From: an uncultured Acidobacteriota bacterium
GTDB lineage: Bacteria > Acidobacteriota > UBA6911
Length of the DNA: 64,000 bases
Assembly: GCA_963827655.1 (NCBI GenBank)
Contig: CAWHCF010000022.1
Location: 96,001-160,000 of the forward strand
Direction: 5' to 3'
Of this stretch, positions 33,747-43,437 are shown piece by piece. The notes beneath the pieces were generated by a model that saw only the letters and a program-made list of their open reading frames with translations, did no database searches and was not told the origin of the DNA. How positions within the stretch are numbered: the stretch's first letter is position 1; every line of letters starts with the position of its first letter. The translations under genes and the position numbers were made by a program.

Positions 33747-34217
33747 ATGGACGCTGCGGCACGCAAGGAATTGGTCAACAAATACAAGGATGGTTACCGG
33801 GCCGTAGTCGAAGCTCTCGAGAGAATCAGCGATCGAGAGCTGGACGCCCGGACTGCGCCCGGAAAATGGTCGGCGCGGGAGATCGTTCACCATCTAGCCG
33901 ACAGTGAAATGACTTCGGCCATCCGCCTGCGACGCCTGATTGCCGAGGAGCGCCCCGTGATTTCGGGTTACGACGAAGAGGAGTTCGCGCGCCGGCTGCA
34001 CTACGACCGGCCCATCGAGTCATCCCTTGAGGCAATCCATGCCGCCCGCAGCTCGACGGCGGATCTTCTGGACCGGTTGACCGAGGCAGAGTGGGGACGC
34101 GAAGGTACCCATACCGAAAGCGGACGTTACACCGTCGAAAACTGGCTGGAAATTTATGCCAGGCACGCCCACAATCACGCCGAACAGATCCGGCGCGCGC
34201 GCGCCAGCGTGAAGTAA
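33747..34217 (+). CDS. DinB-family protein
   Basis: PGKWSAREIVHHLADSE, YDEEEFA, HAHNHAEQI. Confidence 0.9.
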   Translation: MDAAARKELVNKYKDGYRAVVEALERISDRELDARTAPGKWSAREIVHHLADSEMTSAIRLRRLIAEERPVISGYDEEEFARRLHYDRPIESSLEAIHAARSSTADLLDRLTEAEWGREGTHTESGRYTVENWLEIYARHAHNHAEQIRRARASVK

Positions 34218-34268
34218 ACCTGCGGAACAGATACCCCCAAGACGCAAAGACACGAAGACAGCGGGGAG

Positions 34269-36538
34269 CTAGAATCGGGGGCGGGTCTTCTTGCGAACCG
34301 CCTTCTTGGAAGATTTCCTGAGCTCGTCCAGGATCTGCGCGCCGGCCGCGCCTTTGAACTCCTGATTGAAGCGATTCAAGGCCAGCGACACCACGTCGCG
34401 GTGATGGAATTCGCCCTCGGGTACTTTCTCGGTTATTTCCAGCCAGATCCGGTGGATCAGCTCGATATCCTCAGGAGCGAGATCCGGCACGTGCGCGCCG
34501 ATCTGGAAGCGGTGCGGTTCGCCGCGGTCAGCAGACGATGACGAACTCGAACTGGGTCTTGTCCGGATCGTCGATCTCCTCCCAGGCCTTTCCAACCAGG
34601 TGCGCCTGGGTAGTGATCGAGAGCTTCTCTGAAGCGCCGGCGTACATCCGTATGCAGCCTAGCAGGACTGCGGTGTTCACAGTGGCCGAAAACGGATTAT
34701 TGGACGGTACGGTCAGCAGCTTCACCGGCTTTCCCATCTTCTCGGCAGTAGCTACGACCCGGGTGAACAGCAACTGCTCGAATTCGGTGAACAGGTGCTC
34801 ATCGAAGATCTCGCGGTATCCTGCCGCGCTCCCTTGAATAATGCGGGCGGTCATGACGACCACGTCGTTTTCTTTGGTATCGGTCTCGGATAGCGCCAGC
34901 GTGAGCTGCTTCAGATTATTGTAATCCCGCGCCGTGACCAGAACGGGCGCCGCGCGCACCTTCACGACGTCGAGGTCGATTTTCTCTTCCCTGATCAGCT
35001 GAAACTGATCGAGTCCCGTTCCTTCTCGCTTCCGTTTCGCAACCCGCTCGGAGATGGTGAACAGAGTGAAGAATGCCGCGGTGAACACCAGGCCGCTGAT
35101 CGTAGCGACCTGCTTTGTCAGGAGATTCACGGTTGCAGTAGCAAGAAGGACCAGGAGCACAAGAAGTATGCCGAGAGGAATTTCCTTGCGTCCCCACCGG
35201 ATGTTGAGCGGCACTCTCCATTCGCGTGGTTCGCGGTTCTTGAAGCGAAGGACGAACATCGACAAGGAATTGAAGACAAAGCTCCAGAGCACCCCAAACG
35301 CATACGCCTCGCCCAGCACGTACGTGTCTCCGCCGCTTGCCACGACAGTGCCGATCTGGAGAATCACGATCAGGTTTATGATCCGGTACGATGTTCCATA
35401 GCGGCGGTGAGGCTGCCGAAACCAGCTGGAAAGAACGCCATCTTCAGAAACGCGGTTGAGAACGCCATTGGAGCCTATGATCGACGTGTTGACCGCGCCT
35501 GAAAGCATGAGAAAGCCGACGAGAACCACGAAGAGTTGAAAGGCCAGACGCAGCGGATAGGGCCCCACGACGTTCATGGCGAGACCGCTGATGAGGTTCT
35601 CGTGGAATTCCGGCCTGGTCGAATCCGGAATGATCATGACGGCGAAGAAAGAGACTAGCGAGGTAAACAGAATGCTGAAGACGAATATCACCAGCGCGGC
35701 GCGTTTGAGGTTTTTGACTTTGGGGTAGGCGATCTCCCGGTTGACCTGGGCTAAAGACTCTTCTCCGCTCATGGCCAGTATCGAGTGCCCGAAGGCGATC
35801 AGTATGCCGAGCAACCCTATCGTCTTTACCCAATCCGTTCCATGAAGCCATCCCAGGGATTCGGGCGAGAACGTGAGATTTTCCGGGACCGGCGCGGGTG
35901 GCAAGTTCCCCCCTCGAACCAGGAGGGTGGTTCCACACCAGACGATCATGAGTACCACCATGACGGTCGTGACCTGCATGATTCGCAGGGCCTTGTCGCT
36001 GCTTTCGTGGATCCCTATGACGTTCTTGCGCCAGAAATAGAGGGTAACGGCAATGGCGGTAACGGCGGCTCCCGGTCCCCTGGGGAATTGCCCATTGGAG
36101 TCCCATCAGGTGGAACACCTCGTTTACCAGCCCAACCAGGTATTGCCCGGCAGAGACGCCACTGATCGGACCGGTGAGAACGTAGTCGAACATCAGGGCC
36201 GAGACACTGAACTTGGCCAGCTTCGCACCCAGAGCCGCCTTGACCACCCGGTACACACCGCCGCGCACGAACAGGACGCACGATTCGATGTATACTGCAC
36301 GGACCGCGTAAGAAAAACACATCACCCCCAGAACGAACCAGGGTGCGGCGCTGCCAACTGCCTTCTCGGAAATGCCCCCGACATAGAAAGCCGATGAGCC
36401 AAGATCGCACAGGACGATAGCGGCCGCCCTCCAGAAGGAGATGAAGGTCAGCATGACCGAAGTAGCTACAACGATGGGGATGCGCTGGGGTAAAGGAGAG
36501 GGTTCTTCTGGAGATTCGGGGACCGCTTTGTCAGACAT
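34269..36538 (-). CDS. APC-family permease with cytoplasmic C-terminal domain; frameshifts near 36075 and 34530
   Basis: FISFWRAAAIVLCDLGSSAFY, GGVYRVVK, LAMSGEESLAQV.RE, LGEAYAFG across ORFs 35444-36538, 34528-35979 and 34269-34595. Confidence 0.85.
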
Positions 36539-36796
36539 GTACCAATGGAGGCAGGTGAAGAATAGAGTACAGGCCTGCCCCGTAACCGGCGAATTATACT
36601 CCCTTTTCGGCTGGTCTGGAAGGTCGCGTTTCTTCGAGTCTTCGTGTCCTGGAGGTACTTTGTTCCGCTCTAACCCACGAAGACGCGAAGACCCTTAAGC
36701 AACGCCAGGTTGGTCTGAATGGGGCACTTATAATTTTTTGGATTGAACCAAGAAGCGAGAAGGTCTACTCTTATTGATCTGACAGGACGCAGAGTC

Positions 36797-37972
36797 ATGA
36801 GTTTTCAGCTACCCGGTTGGATCAAGGAATTATTGGGAAAGGAACCGCCGACTCAAGCGTCGCTGTTTCATTATATTAAGACCGAGCCTGAACCCAGCGT
36901 CTGGTCCACTCTGGATTTCAGCGTACTGCGCCATCCGATTCAGTTCATCAAATTCATCAAAGAAGAGTGGAAGGCTCCTCGCACACGTCCATCCCTGTTC
37001 CACTACATCGAAGAAGAAGACCTTGTCGGCCAAGAATTTACCTGGAAAGAGTTTTTCCGCGACCTGTTTTTCGGTTCTCCCGCTCCATCGTTCATACCAG
37101 GGGTTTTGTCGGATCCGTACGGCATCGCCGCAGACCCGAAGGAGGTCCGGGCGGCGCGGCGGCGCTCAATAATTATTTCATCCCTGCTCCACGTAGTCCT
37201 TATCACGCTTGCAATAATCATAGTTCACAGACAGACCGAGCCGCTACCACCTAAAGACAACATAGTTTTCGTAGCTCCCCCGATTTTCTTCCCATTCGAA
37301 GGGGACGGGCGCGAAGGCGGCGGCGGCGGCGGCGGCGGAAAGAACGAACCAAAACCGCCGCCGGAAGGAAGAATTCCCGAGACTGCTCCGGTCCAACTCC
37401 GTCCACCGGATCCCGATCAACCCCAGCCGCTGATGCCATCCGAAGAGGAGCTCGCGGCCACAATCCAGATGCCCATTGAAATCCCTCAGGACGTGACCCT
37501 TCCGGTTGGAGATATTCAGGCGCCGCCCAGTGAGCTGCGCTCGTCAGGTTCCGGCTCCGGCGGCGGGATCGGCACGGGAAAAGGAACAGGGATCGGATCG
37601 GGCGAGGGTCCCGGCGTTGGGCCAGGAAGGGGAGGTGGAATGGGAGGAGGCTCTGGCGGCGGAATAGGCGCCGGCACGGGCCCCTATGTCGTCGGAGGCG
37701 GTGTTCGGTCTCCGATCCCTCTACTTCAGCCGTTGCCACCCTACACGGAAGCAGCGCGCAAGGCCCGAGTCGAAGGGCTGGTTCTGCTTCAGGCGGTCGT
37801 CCGGAAAGACGGTACGGTCGACAGCTTTCGAGTGTTGCGCGGCTTGGGATACGGTCTGGACGAGTCCGCCATCAATACTATTGCCACCAAGTGGCGCTTC
37901 AAGCCGGGCACCCTCAATGGAACAGCCGTCGACGTTCAGGCCAATATCGAGATTTCGTTCCGTCTTTACTAA
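36797..37972 (+). CDS. tonB: Energy transducer TonB
   Basis: SSLLHVVLI TM (SHLS-type), Gly/Pro-rich linker, PPYTEAARKARVEG.V.L, GLGYGLDESA, WRFKPG. Confidence 0.9.
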   Translation: MSFQLPGWIKELLGKEPPTQASLFHYIKTEPEPSVWSTLDFSVLRHPIQFIKFIKEEWKAPRTRPSLFHYIEEEDLVGQEFTWKEFFRDLFFGSPAPSFIPGVLSDPYGIAADPKEVRAARRRSIIISSLLHVVLITLAIIIVHRQTEPLPPKDNIVFVAPPIFFPFEGDGREGGGGGGGGKNEPKPPPEGRIPETAPVQLRPPDPDQPQPLMPSEEELAATIQMPIEIPQDVTLPVGDIQAPPSELRSSGSGSGGGIGTGKGTGIGSGEGPGVGPGRGGGMGGGSGGGIGAGTGPYVVGGGVRSPIPLLQPLPPYTEAARKARVEGLVLLQAVVRKDGTVDSFRVLRGLGYGLDESAINTIATKWRFKPGTLNGTAVDVQANIEISFRLY

Positions 37973-38072
37973 AAAGAGGCGTTCTCTGCTTTTCGAGTCA
38001 CAACGTTGACCCCATTGATCACGCCCGCAGCCTTTTGCAAGGTTAGGTTACAAGGAGCCAGCAGAATCCATC

Positions 38073-38483
38073 ATGATGTCAACAGCCAACAAAAAAGGCT
38101 ATAAGTCAGATATCAATATCACTCCCTATATCGACATATTGCTGGTGATGCTGATTATCTTCATGGTTGCCACTCCTATCCGGCAACACGACCTTCCAGT
38201 GCGTGTGCCGCAACCGGCGCCGCCAGACCAACCCAAGGTGCTGCGTCCGGACACCATCATTCTTGAAGTCGCCGGTGACCACACGATTACCCTCAATAAG
38301 CAGCCCGTGCCTCTGAGCGACCTCGAGTCCACGCTCAACGCGATTTATCGCGCGCGCGCGAACAAGCATATGTTCCTGAGAGGTAACTCCGAGTTGCCTT
38401 ATGGCGAGGTATTCAATGTCCTCGACATTGCGAAACGCGCGGGCGTCATGGATATTGCTCTGCTCGCGGGTTCCCTTCCCTGA
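38073..38483 (+). CDS. exbD: Biopolymer transport protein ExbD/TolR
   Basis: INITPYIDILLVMLIIFMV, LPYGEV..VLDIAK.AG. Confidence 0.9.
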   Translation: MMSTANKKGYKSDINITPYIDILLVMLIIFMVATPIRQHDLPVRVPQPAPPDQPKVLRPDTIILEVAGDHTITLNKQPVPLSDLESTLNAIYRARANKHMFLRGNSELPYGEVFNVLDIAKRAGVMDIALLAGSLP

Positions 38484-38615
38484 CGCCATCGGGTCTCCGC
38501 TCTTTGAACCACTAAGACCGAATGACGCTAAGAAACACAACGCAGCCGTGAGGCCGCGACCATTGCCCCGGCAATGTATCGTCGGTTTTCGCGCGCTGAC
38601 CGCTGGGACGGGACT

Positions 38616-39305
38616 CTATTCCGCGCGTCCGCGTTTGAGCAGCCGAATCCCGAACCGCGAACTCTGGAATGGCAGATCCCCCCAAAGCTTGACCGGGCTG
38701 TAGTGCGTCGTGACCCAGCCGTATATTTCCCGTCCGTAATCCTCGCCGAAATAAGGCAACTCGTATTCACTGGTATCCTTGTGAAGCAGGACCACGTAAT
38801 CGGGAGGGTGAGCCTTGAAGGCAGCCAGCATGGTCTCTTCACCAAACATTATCAGCTCGGGAGGCATGAAATTAATGTAAGGCGTCGGATTAACCCGGCG
38901 GGAAAGATAATTCAGCATGACCCCCTCGGGAAGAACGAGAAGGGTGTCCTTCGGGCTCAATCGGCGTTGGATTTCCTCCAGGAGCGGATTGATGAAATGG
39001 GCGCGCCCATCCGTCCGGATCAAGTCGGAGCCGCTTCCCACCGCATAAGTCTTGTGGTTAAGCACTCTCTCGAAGCCGCGGAGCAGATCAGTTCCGGCGA
39101 GCAGTAGAAGGGCCAGGGAACCCGCGCGAAACCGTAGTGGGCTACCTGCACTTTGAAAAGAATCTTTGTCAGCAGGACCAAGCCGAAGGTAGCGAGCATC
39201 ATACGCACTACCATCCGCTGCCGCGCCTCCGGGCTCAGGCCTGGTTTCAGAAACGCGGCGCAGCACGCCGCGCCCAGCGCAAGCATGACCGCCGTCCTCG
39301 AGCAA
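38616..39305 (-). pseudogene. 5'-truncated, frameshifted remnant of a membrane glycosyltransferase-like gene
   Basis: TM fragment ..LLTKILF.VQVAHYGFA (39020-39286 frame), then LLVLPEGVMLNYLSRRVNP..PPDYVVL..FGEDYG (38616 frame); no room for an N-terminus before the divergent gene at 39365. Confidence 0.55.
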
Positions 39306-39364
39306 GATGACGATCTGAGATCATTGGCTTCGCAACGGCCTCTGAAAGTACAATGCGCGGGTGA

Positions 39365-41320
39365 ATGAGATCAACCCCTAGGGTCATGACCGGGAATATG
39401 GCGCTCTCTTCGGAAACGAAAAAAACGGGAAAACGCAAGCGTAAGGATCTCTCCGGTTCGGGCAGGGCCTCCGCGCAAAAGCCGCTTGCGCCGCAGGAAC
39501 GTTTGCAGAGACGGTGGTGGCTTGTGCTGATAGCGGTTTGGGCGATCAGCGGGTTGTACGTGGCCAACGGCATGCTGCGCGGCTGGGTTCCGCACGATGA
39601 GGGAACGCTGGGGCAGTCTGCCGAAAGGGTCCTGGCTGGAGAACTTCCACACCGTGACTTTGATGACCCGTACACGGGCGGGCTGAGCTACCTGCACGCG
39701 CTCGCATTCCGTCTCTTGGGAATCAACCTGGTCTCGCTACGCTGGGTCCTCTTACTCTTCTTCCTCGCATGGGTGCCTGCAGTTTACTATGTCGCATCTT
39801 GCCTCGTCTCGCCTCTCACCGCTGCGGGAGCCGTACTGCTGGCGGTTGTTTGGAGCGTGCCCAACTACTTCGCCTCGCTTCCTTCCTGGTACAACCTGTT
39901 CCTTGCGGTCTTTGGCGCCGCTTTCCTGTTTCGTCATCTCGAGACCGGAGCGAGGAAGTGGCTGTTTGCGGCCGGTGTCTGCGCAGGTCTGTCGTGCCTG
40001 ATCAAGATCGCGGGCCTCTACTATGTGGCGGCGGTCCTCCTTTTCTTGTTCTTCCGCGAGCAATCGACGTCCTCTTCCGACGCCAGCCCGAAGAAGGAGT
40101 GGGGTTACACCCTCTTCCTGGCTTTATCGCTGCTCACGTTGCTTGCGCTCCTGGTCGGGCTTGTGCAAAGTCGCCCTGAAGCGGTGGACTTCATCCATTT
40201 CGTTTTGCCCGGGGCCGCCCTGGCCGGGCTGTTGCTCTTCCGCGAATGGCGCGAATCCCATCGAAGTGATCGGGAGCGCTTCCGTTTGCTGGTCCGGCTG
40301 CTTGGACCGTTCGCGATTGGAGTCGCTGCGCCCATTGGGATCTTCCTGCTTCCTTACTTCCTTTCGAGCGGGCTGACCAACCTGGTCCACAATGTCTTCG
40401 TGGCGCCGGCCAAACGATTCACCTTCGGGCGTATGGATGCTCCCGGCCTGTTGACGCTGGTTGCTGCGTTTCCTCTGGCGGGGCTTTTCGGACTGGTTGT
40501 ATATGGACGACGGCGCATAGGATGGCTTGCCGGCGGACTGATGACGCTGCCGCTGATAGCCCTGCTTGCGTTCTCAGACAGCCCCGTCGTGTATCGAGCC
40601 GTCTGGTATTCGGTTCGTCCGCTGGTACCGTTTACGGTGTTGGCCGGAGTCTTGCTCCTGATCCGGGCGAAGGGTCTGTCAGGACTCCGGCGTCAGCAAA
40701 TCATGCTCCTGCTCAGCCTGGCGGGAATGTGCAGTCTGGTCCAATTTCCCTTTGCCGCGCCGGTCTACTTCCTCTACGTGACTCCCCTGCTGGTGCTTGC
40801 GATTGTGGCTTTCTTTTCTGACCAGACGGCATGGCCCCGGATGCTTATGGCGGCGACGCTCGGATTCTATTTCCTCTTTGCTCTGTTGCGGGTCAATCCC
40901 GGCTTCATTTATCAGATGGGTTTCGGCTACGCGCGCGATAACCAGACGGAATTGCTTGGCCTTGAGCGTGGCGGGATCCGGGTGAACCCCGGGGACAAGC
41001 AGCAGTACGAGCAGCTGGCCGCCACGCTGCGCCACCATGCTTCCGGCGGTTTCACGTATGCGACGCCGGACTGTCCCGAAGTTTATTTCCTCACGGGCCT
41101 GCGCAATCCGACCCGCACAATATTTGAATTCCTGGATGCTTCCTCAAACCGGACGGCGGGCGTCTTAGAAGCCCTGAATCGCCATCGAGTGCGCGCCGTC
41201 GCCCTGAACGGCGAACCCCAATTCTCCGGCGCTCCTCCGCCCGACCTTGCGGCCGCGCTGGCCCAGCGCTTTCCTCATGCGATGGTGATCGGAAAATTCG
41301 AGGTCAGATGGATAGAATGA
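39365..41320 (+). CDS. GT-C-fold (ArnT/PMT-like) membrane glycosyltransferase
   Basis: PHDEG..GQSAERVLAGELPHRDF, many TM helices, C-terminal EVYFLTGLRNPT periplasmic domain. Confidence 0.8.
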   Translation: MRSTPRVMTGNMALSSETKKTGKRKRKDLSGSGRASAQKPLAPQERLQRRWWLVLIAVWAISGLYVANGMLRGWVPHDEGTLGQSAERVLAGELPHRDFDDPYTGGLSYLHALAFRLLGINLVSLRWVLLLFFLAWVPAVYYVASCLVSPLTAAGAVLLAVVWSVPNYFASLPSWYNLFLAVFGAAFLFRHLETGARKWLFAAGVCAGLSCLIKIAGLYYVAAVLLFLFFREQSTSSSDASPKKEWGYTLFLALSLLTLLALLVGLVQSRPEAVDFIHFVLPGAALAGLLLFREWRESHRSDRERFRLLVRLLGPFAIGVAAPIGIFLLPYFLSSGLTNLVHNVFVAPAKRFTFGRMDAPGLLTLVAAFPLAGLFGLVVYGRRRIGWLAGGLMTLPLIALLAFSDSPVVYRAVWYSVRPLVPFTVLAGVLLLIRAKGLSGLRRQQIMLLLSLAGMCSLVQFPFAAPVYFLYVTPLLVLAIVAFFSDQTAWPRMLMAATLGFYFLFALLRVNPGFIYQMGFGYARDNQTELLGLERGGIRVNPGDKQQYEQLAATLRHHASGGFTYATPDCPEVYFLTGLRNPTRTIFEFLDASSNRTAGVLEALNRHRVRAVALNGEPQFSGAPPPDLAAALAQRFPHAMVIGKFEVRWIE

Positions 41321-41913
41321 TTTCCCGGATCATGGAACACACCCTGGTCTACCGGCTATGGCAGGCCCCTTTTGCCGAGAAAAAGCTCGCGCCGGTCTTC
41401 GCTCACAACAACCTGACGCTGGCGCGGCGCGTCCTCGACGTCGGGTGCGGACCCGGAACCAACAGCCATCATTTCGAAAGAAGCGAGTACCTGGGGATAG
41501 ATTTGAACCCGCGTTACATTGATTATGCCCGCCGTCGCTGGCGGCGCAACTTTCTTGTGGCCGACGTCACAAAATATTCCGTGGTTGGGGAGCGCTTCGA
41601 CTTTATTCTGGTGAACAGCTTTCTCCACCACATCGATGCGCCCGGCACCCGCCGCATCCTGTCGCACCTCGAGACGCTGCTCACCCACGACGGGCATGTC
41701 CATATCCTCGAACTCGTGCTGCCCGCAGAGCCTTCCCTTTCCCGCCTGCTGGCGCGCTGGGACCGCGGGGATTTTCCCCGACCGCTCGAAACGTGGCAGG
41801 AGCTTTTCAGCGAGTACTTCGAACCGGTGGTATTCCAGCCGTATCCGCTCGGCGCATTTGGCGCCACCCTCTGGAGTATGGTCTACTTCAAGGGCCGCGC
41901 GCGGGGCGCCTGA
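41308..41913 (+). CDS. Class I SAM-dependent methyltransferase
   Basis: RVLDVGCGPG, YLGIDLN, FDFILVNSFLHHI. Confidence 0.9.
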   Translation: MDRMISRIMEHTLVYRLWQAPFAEKKLAPVFAHNNLTLARRVLDVGCGPGTNSHHFERSEYLGIDLNPRYIDYARRRWRRNFLVADVTKYSVVGERFDFILVNSFLHHIDAPGTRRILSHLETLLTHDGHVHILELVLPAEPSLSRLLARWDRGDFPRPLETWQELFSEYFEPVVFQPYPLGAFGATLWSMVYFKGRARGA

Positions 41914-41917
41914 CTGG

Positions 41918-42895
41918 TCAGGCTCTCTTCTGCTTCTCCAGGTGAGCCGTCGAGGCGCCGGTCTCCCCGAACCCGACGTGGGAGCTGACGATATAGATCG
42001 GACGCTGTCGAACCTCGTCATAGACGCGGCTCAAGTACTCGCCGATGACGCCGAGCATGAACAGCTGAGCGCCGCCGACGAACAGAACGACCGCCAGGGT
42101 GGAGGCCCAGCCACGCGGGCTCGCGATATCGAGCATCTTGGTTACGATGGCCCACACCGCCAGCGCGAATCCGGCAACGGCGGCCAGAAAGCCCAGCGCC
42201 GCGGCCGCCCGAAGCGGGAGCGCCGAAAAACCGATGTAACCCGAAAGCGCCAGGCGGACGAGCTTGCGGAGCGTGTATTTCGGCACGCCGGCATGGCGCG
42301 ATTCCCGCTCGTACTCCACACCTATCTGCTTGAATCCCACCCAGCTCCGCAGGCCGCGAAGGAATCGATTTCGCTCACGCAGCGAAACCAGAGTGTCGAC
42401 CACCCTGCGATCGAGTAAACAGAAGTCTCCCGCATCGAGCGGAATATCGATTTCGGCCATCGCCCTCATGGTGCGATAGAACAGGGCATAGCCCGCCCTT
42501 TTGAGGAGACCCTCCTTGCGATTCTTCCGCTGCGCATAGACGACATCGTAGCCTTGCCGCCAGCGCTCGATCAGCTGATGGAGAATCTCGGGAGGGTCCT
42601 GCAAATCGGCGTCCATCATCACCACGGATTTTCCGGTCGCTCGATCGAGACCCGCCTGCAGCGCCGCCTGGTGGCCGAAGTTGCGTGATAGATGAACCGC
42701 CTTGACCCTACGGTCCCGTGCGTGAAAAGAGTCCAGGATTTCTGCGGAGCCGTCCTGGCTTCCGTCATCCACGAAAACAATTTCGAAGGAGCCGTGCGTC
42801 GCCTCTTCCAAGGTAGGGAGAAGGCGAGCCAGCAGATCGTCTAGATTATCGCGCTCGTTGTAAACCGGCAGGACAACCGAGAGAGTGGGAGCCAT
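41918..42895 (-). CDS. GT2 polyprenol-phosphate glycosyltransferase (GtrB/DPM-synthase-like)
   Basis: LSVVLPVYNE, VDDGS.DGS, LSRNFGHQAAL.AGL, MDADLQDPP, two C-terminal TMs, GEYLSRVYDEV..RP.Y. Confidence 0.93.
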   Translation of the reverse strand: MAPTLSVVLPVYNERDNLDDLLARLLPTLEEATHGSFEIVFVDDGSQDGSAEILDSFHARDRRVKAVHLSRNFGHQAALQAGLDRATGKSVVMMDADLQDPPEILHQLIERWRQGYDVVYAQRKNRKEGLLKRAGYALFYRTMRAMAEIDIPLDAGDFCLLDRRVVDTLVSLRERNRFLRGLRSWVGFKQIGVEYERESRHAGVPKYTLRKLVRLALSGYIGFSALPLRAAAALGFLAAVAGFALAVWAIVTKMLDIASPRGWASTLAVVLFVGGAQLFMLGVIGEYLSRVYDEVRQRPIYIVSSHVGFGETGASTAHLEKQKRA

Positions 42896-43119
42896 CTTTT
42901 GTTCTCCTCACCGTCATTCTACTGCAGGTCGGCGTTGCATCGGCGCCTCATTTCTTCCCTGCTCAGCAGCCGTGAAGAGAACTCGATTCTGTAGCGCGGG
43001 CCTGTTTACTCACGTCTGCGCGGCAGAAAGCTTGCGGTCCTTGGAAAGACGGTAGCTTGCTCTGAACGTTACACCCAATCTTTGTATTGGTCCAGAACGC
43101 AATGGTTACGCCAGCTCGC

Positions 43120-43323
43120 GCCCTGAAAGGGCGATGGAAATTAGCCGGGGGCAAGCGGAGCGCTGCCCCCGGTCACACACGACCAAAGAGACGCGCCCGA
43201 GGGGCGCTGGACGCTGCCCCTCAAGGCTCCTGCGCCCGCTTCAGGGCGCATAGACTATAAACCCCCAAACCCCGGGCTGCGCTTCGCTTGCCCCGGGGCT
43301 AATTTCCGCCGCCCCTCCGGGGC
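43120..43323. repeat. ~204-bp palindromic REP/MITE-like element with ~50-bp imperfect terminal inverted repeats
   Basis: GCCCTGAAAGGGCGATGGAAATTAGCCGGGGGCAAGCGGAGCGC ... GCGCTTCGCTTGCCCCGGGGCTAATTTCCGCCGCCCCTCCGGGGC. Confidence 0.8.
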
Positions 43324-43437
43324 AAAATCGCCCGAGAGCAATGAGGTGCGTGTAAGGTCACGAGCTTGTTTCGCCTGCGCAAATGTCAGACTGCGCGCGG
43401 AGAGCGCAAATCGAATTGTTCCATTCTCGGCGAGCGC

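Noticed and set aside
37318-37338. (GGC)n microsatellite as a phase-variation tract
   Set aside because: In-frame poly-Gly linker typical of these TonB proteins.
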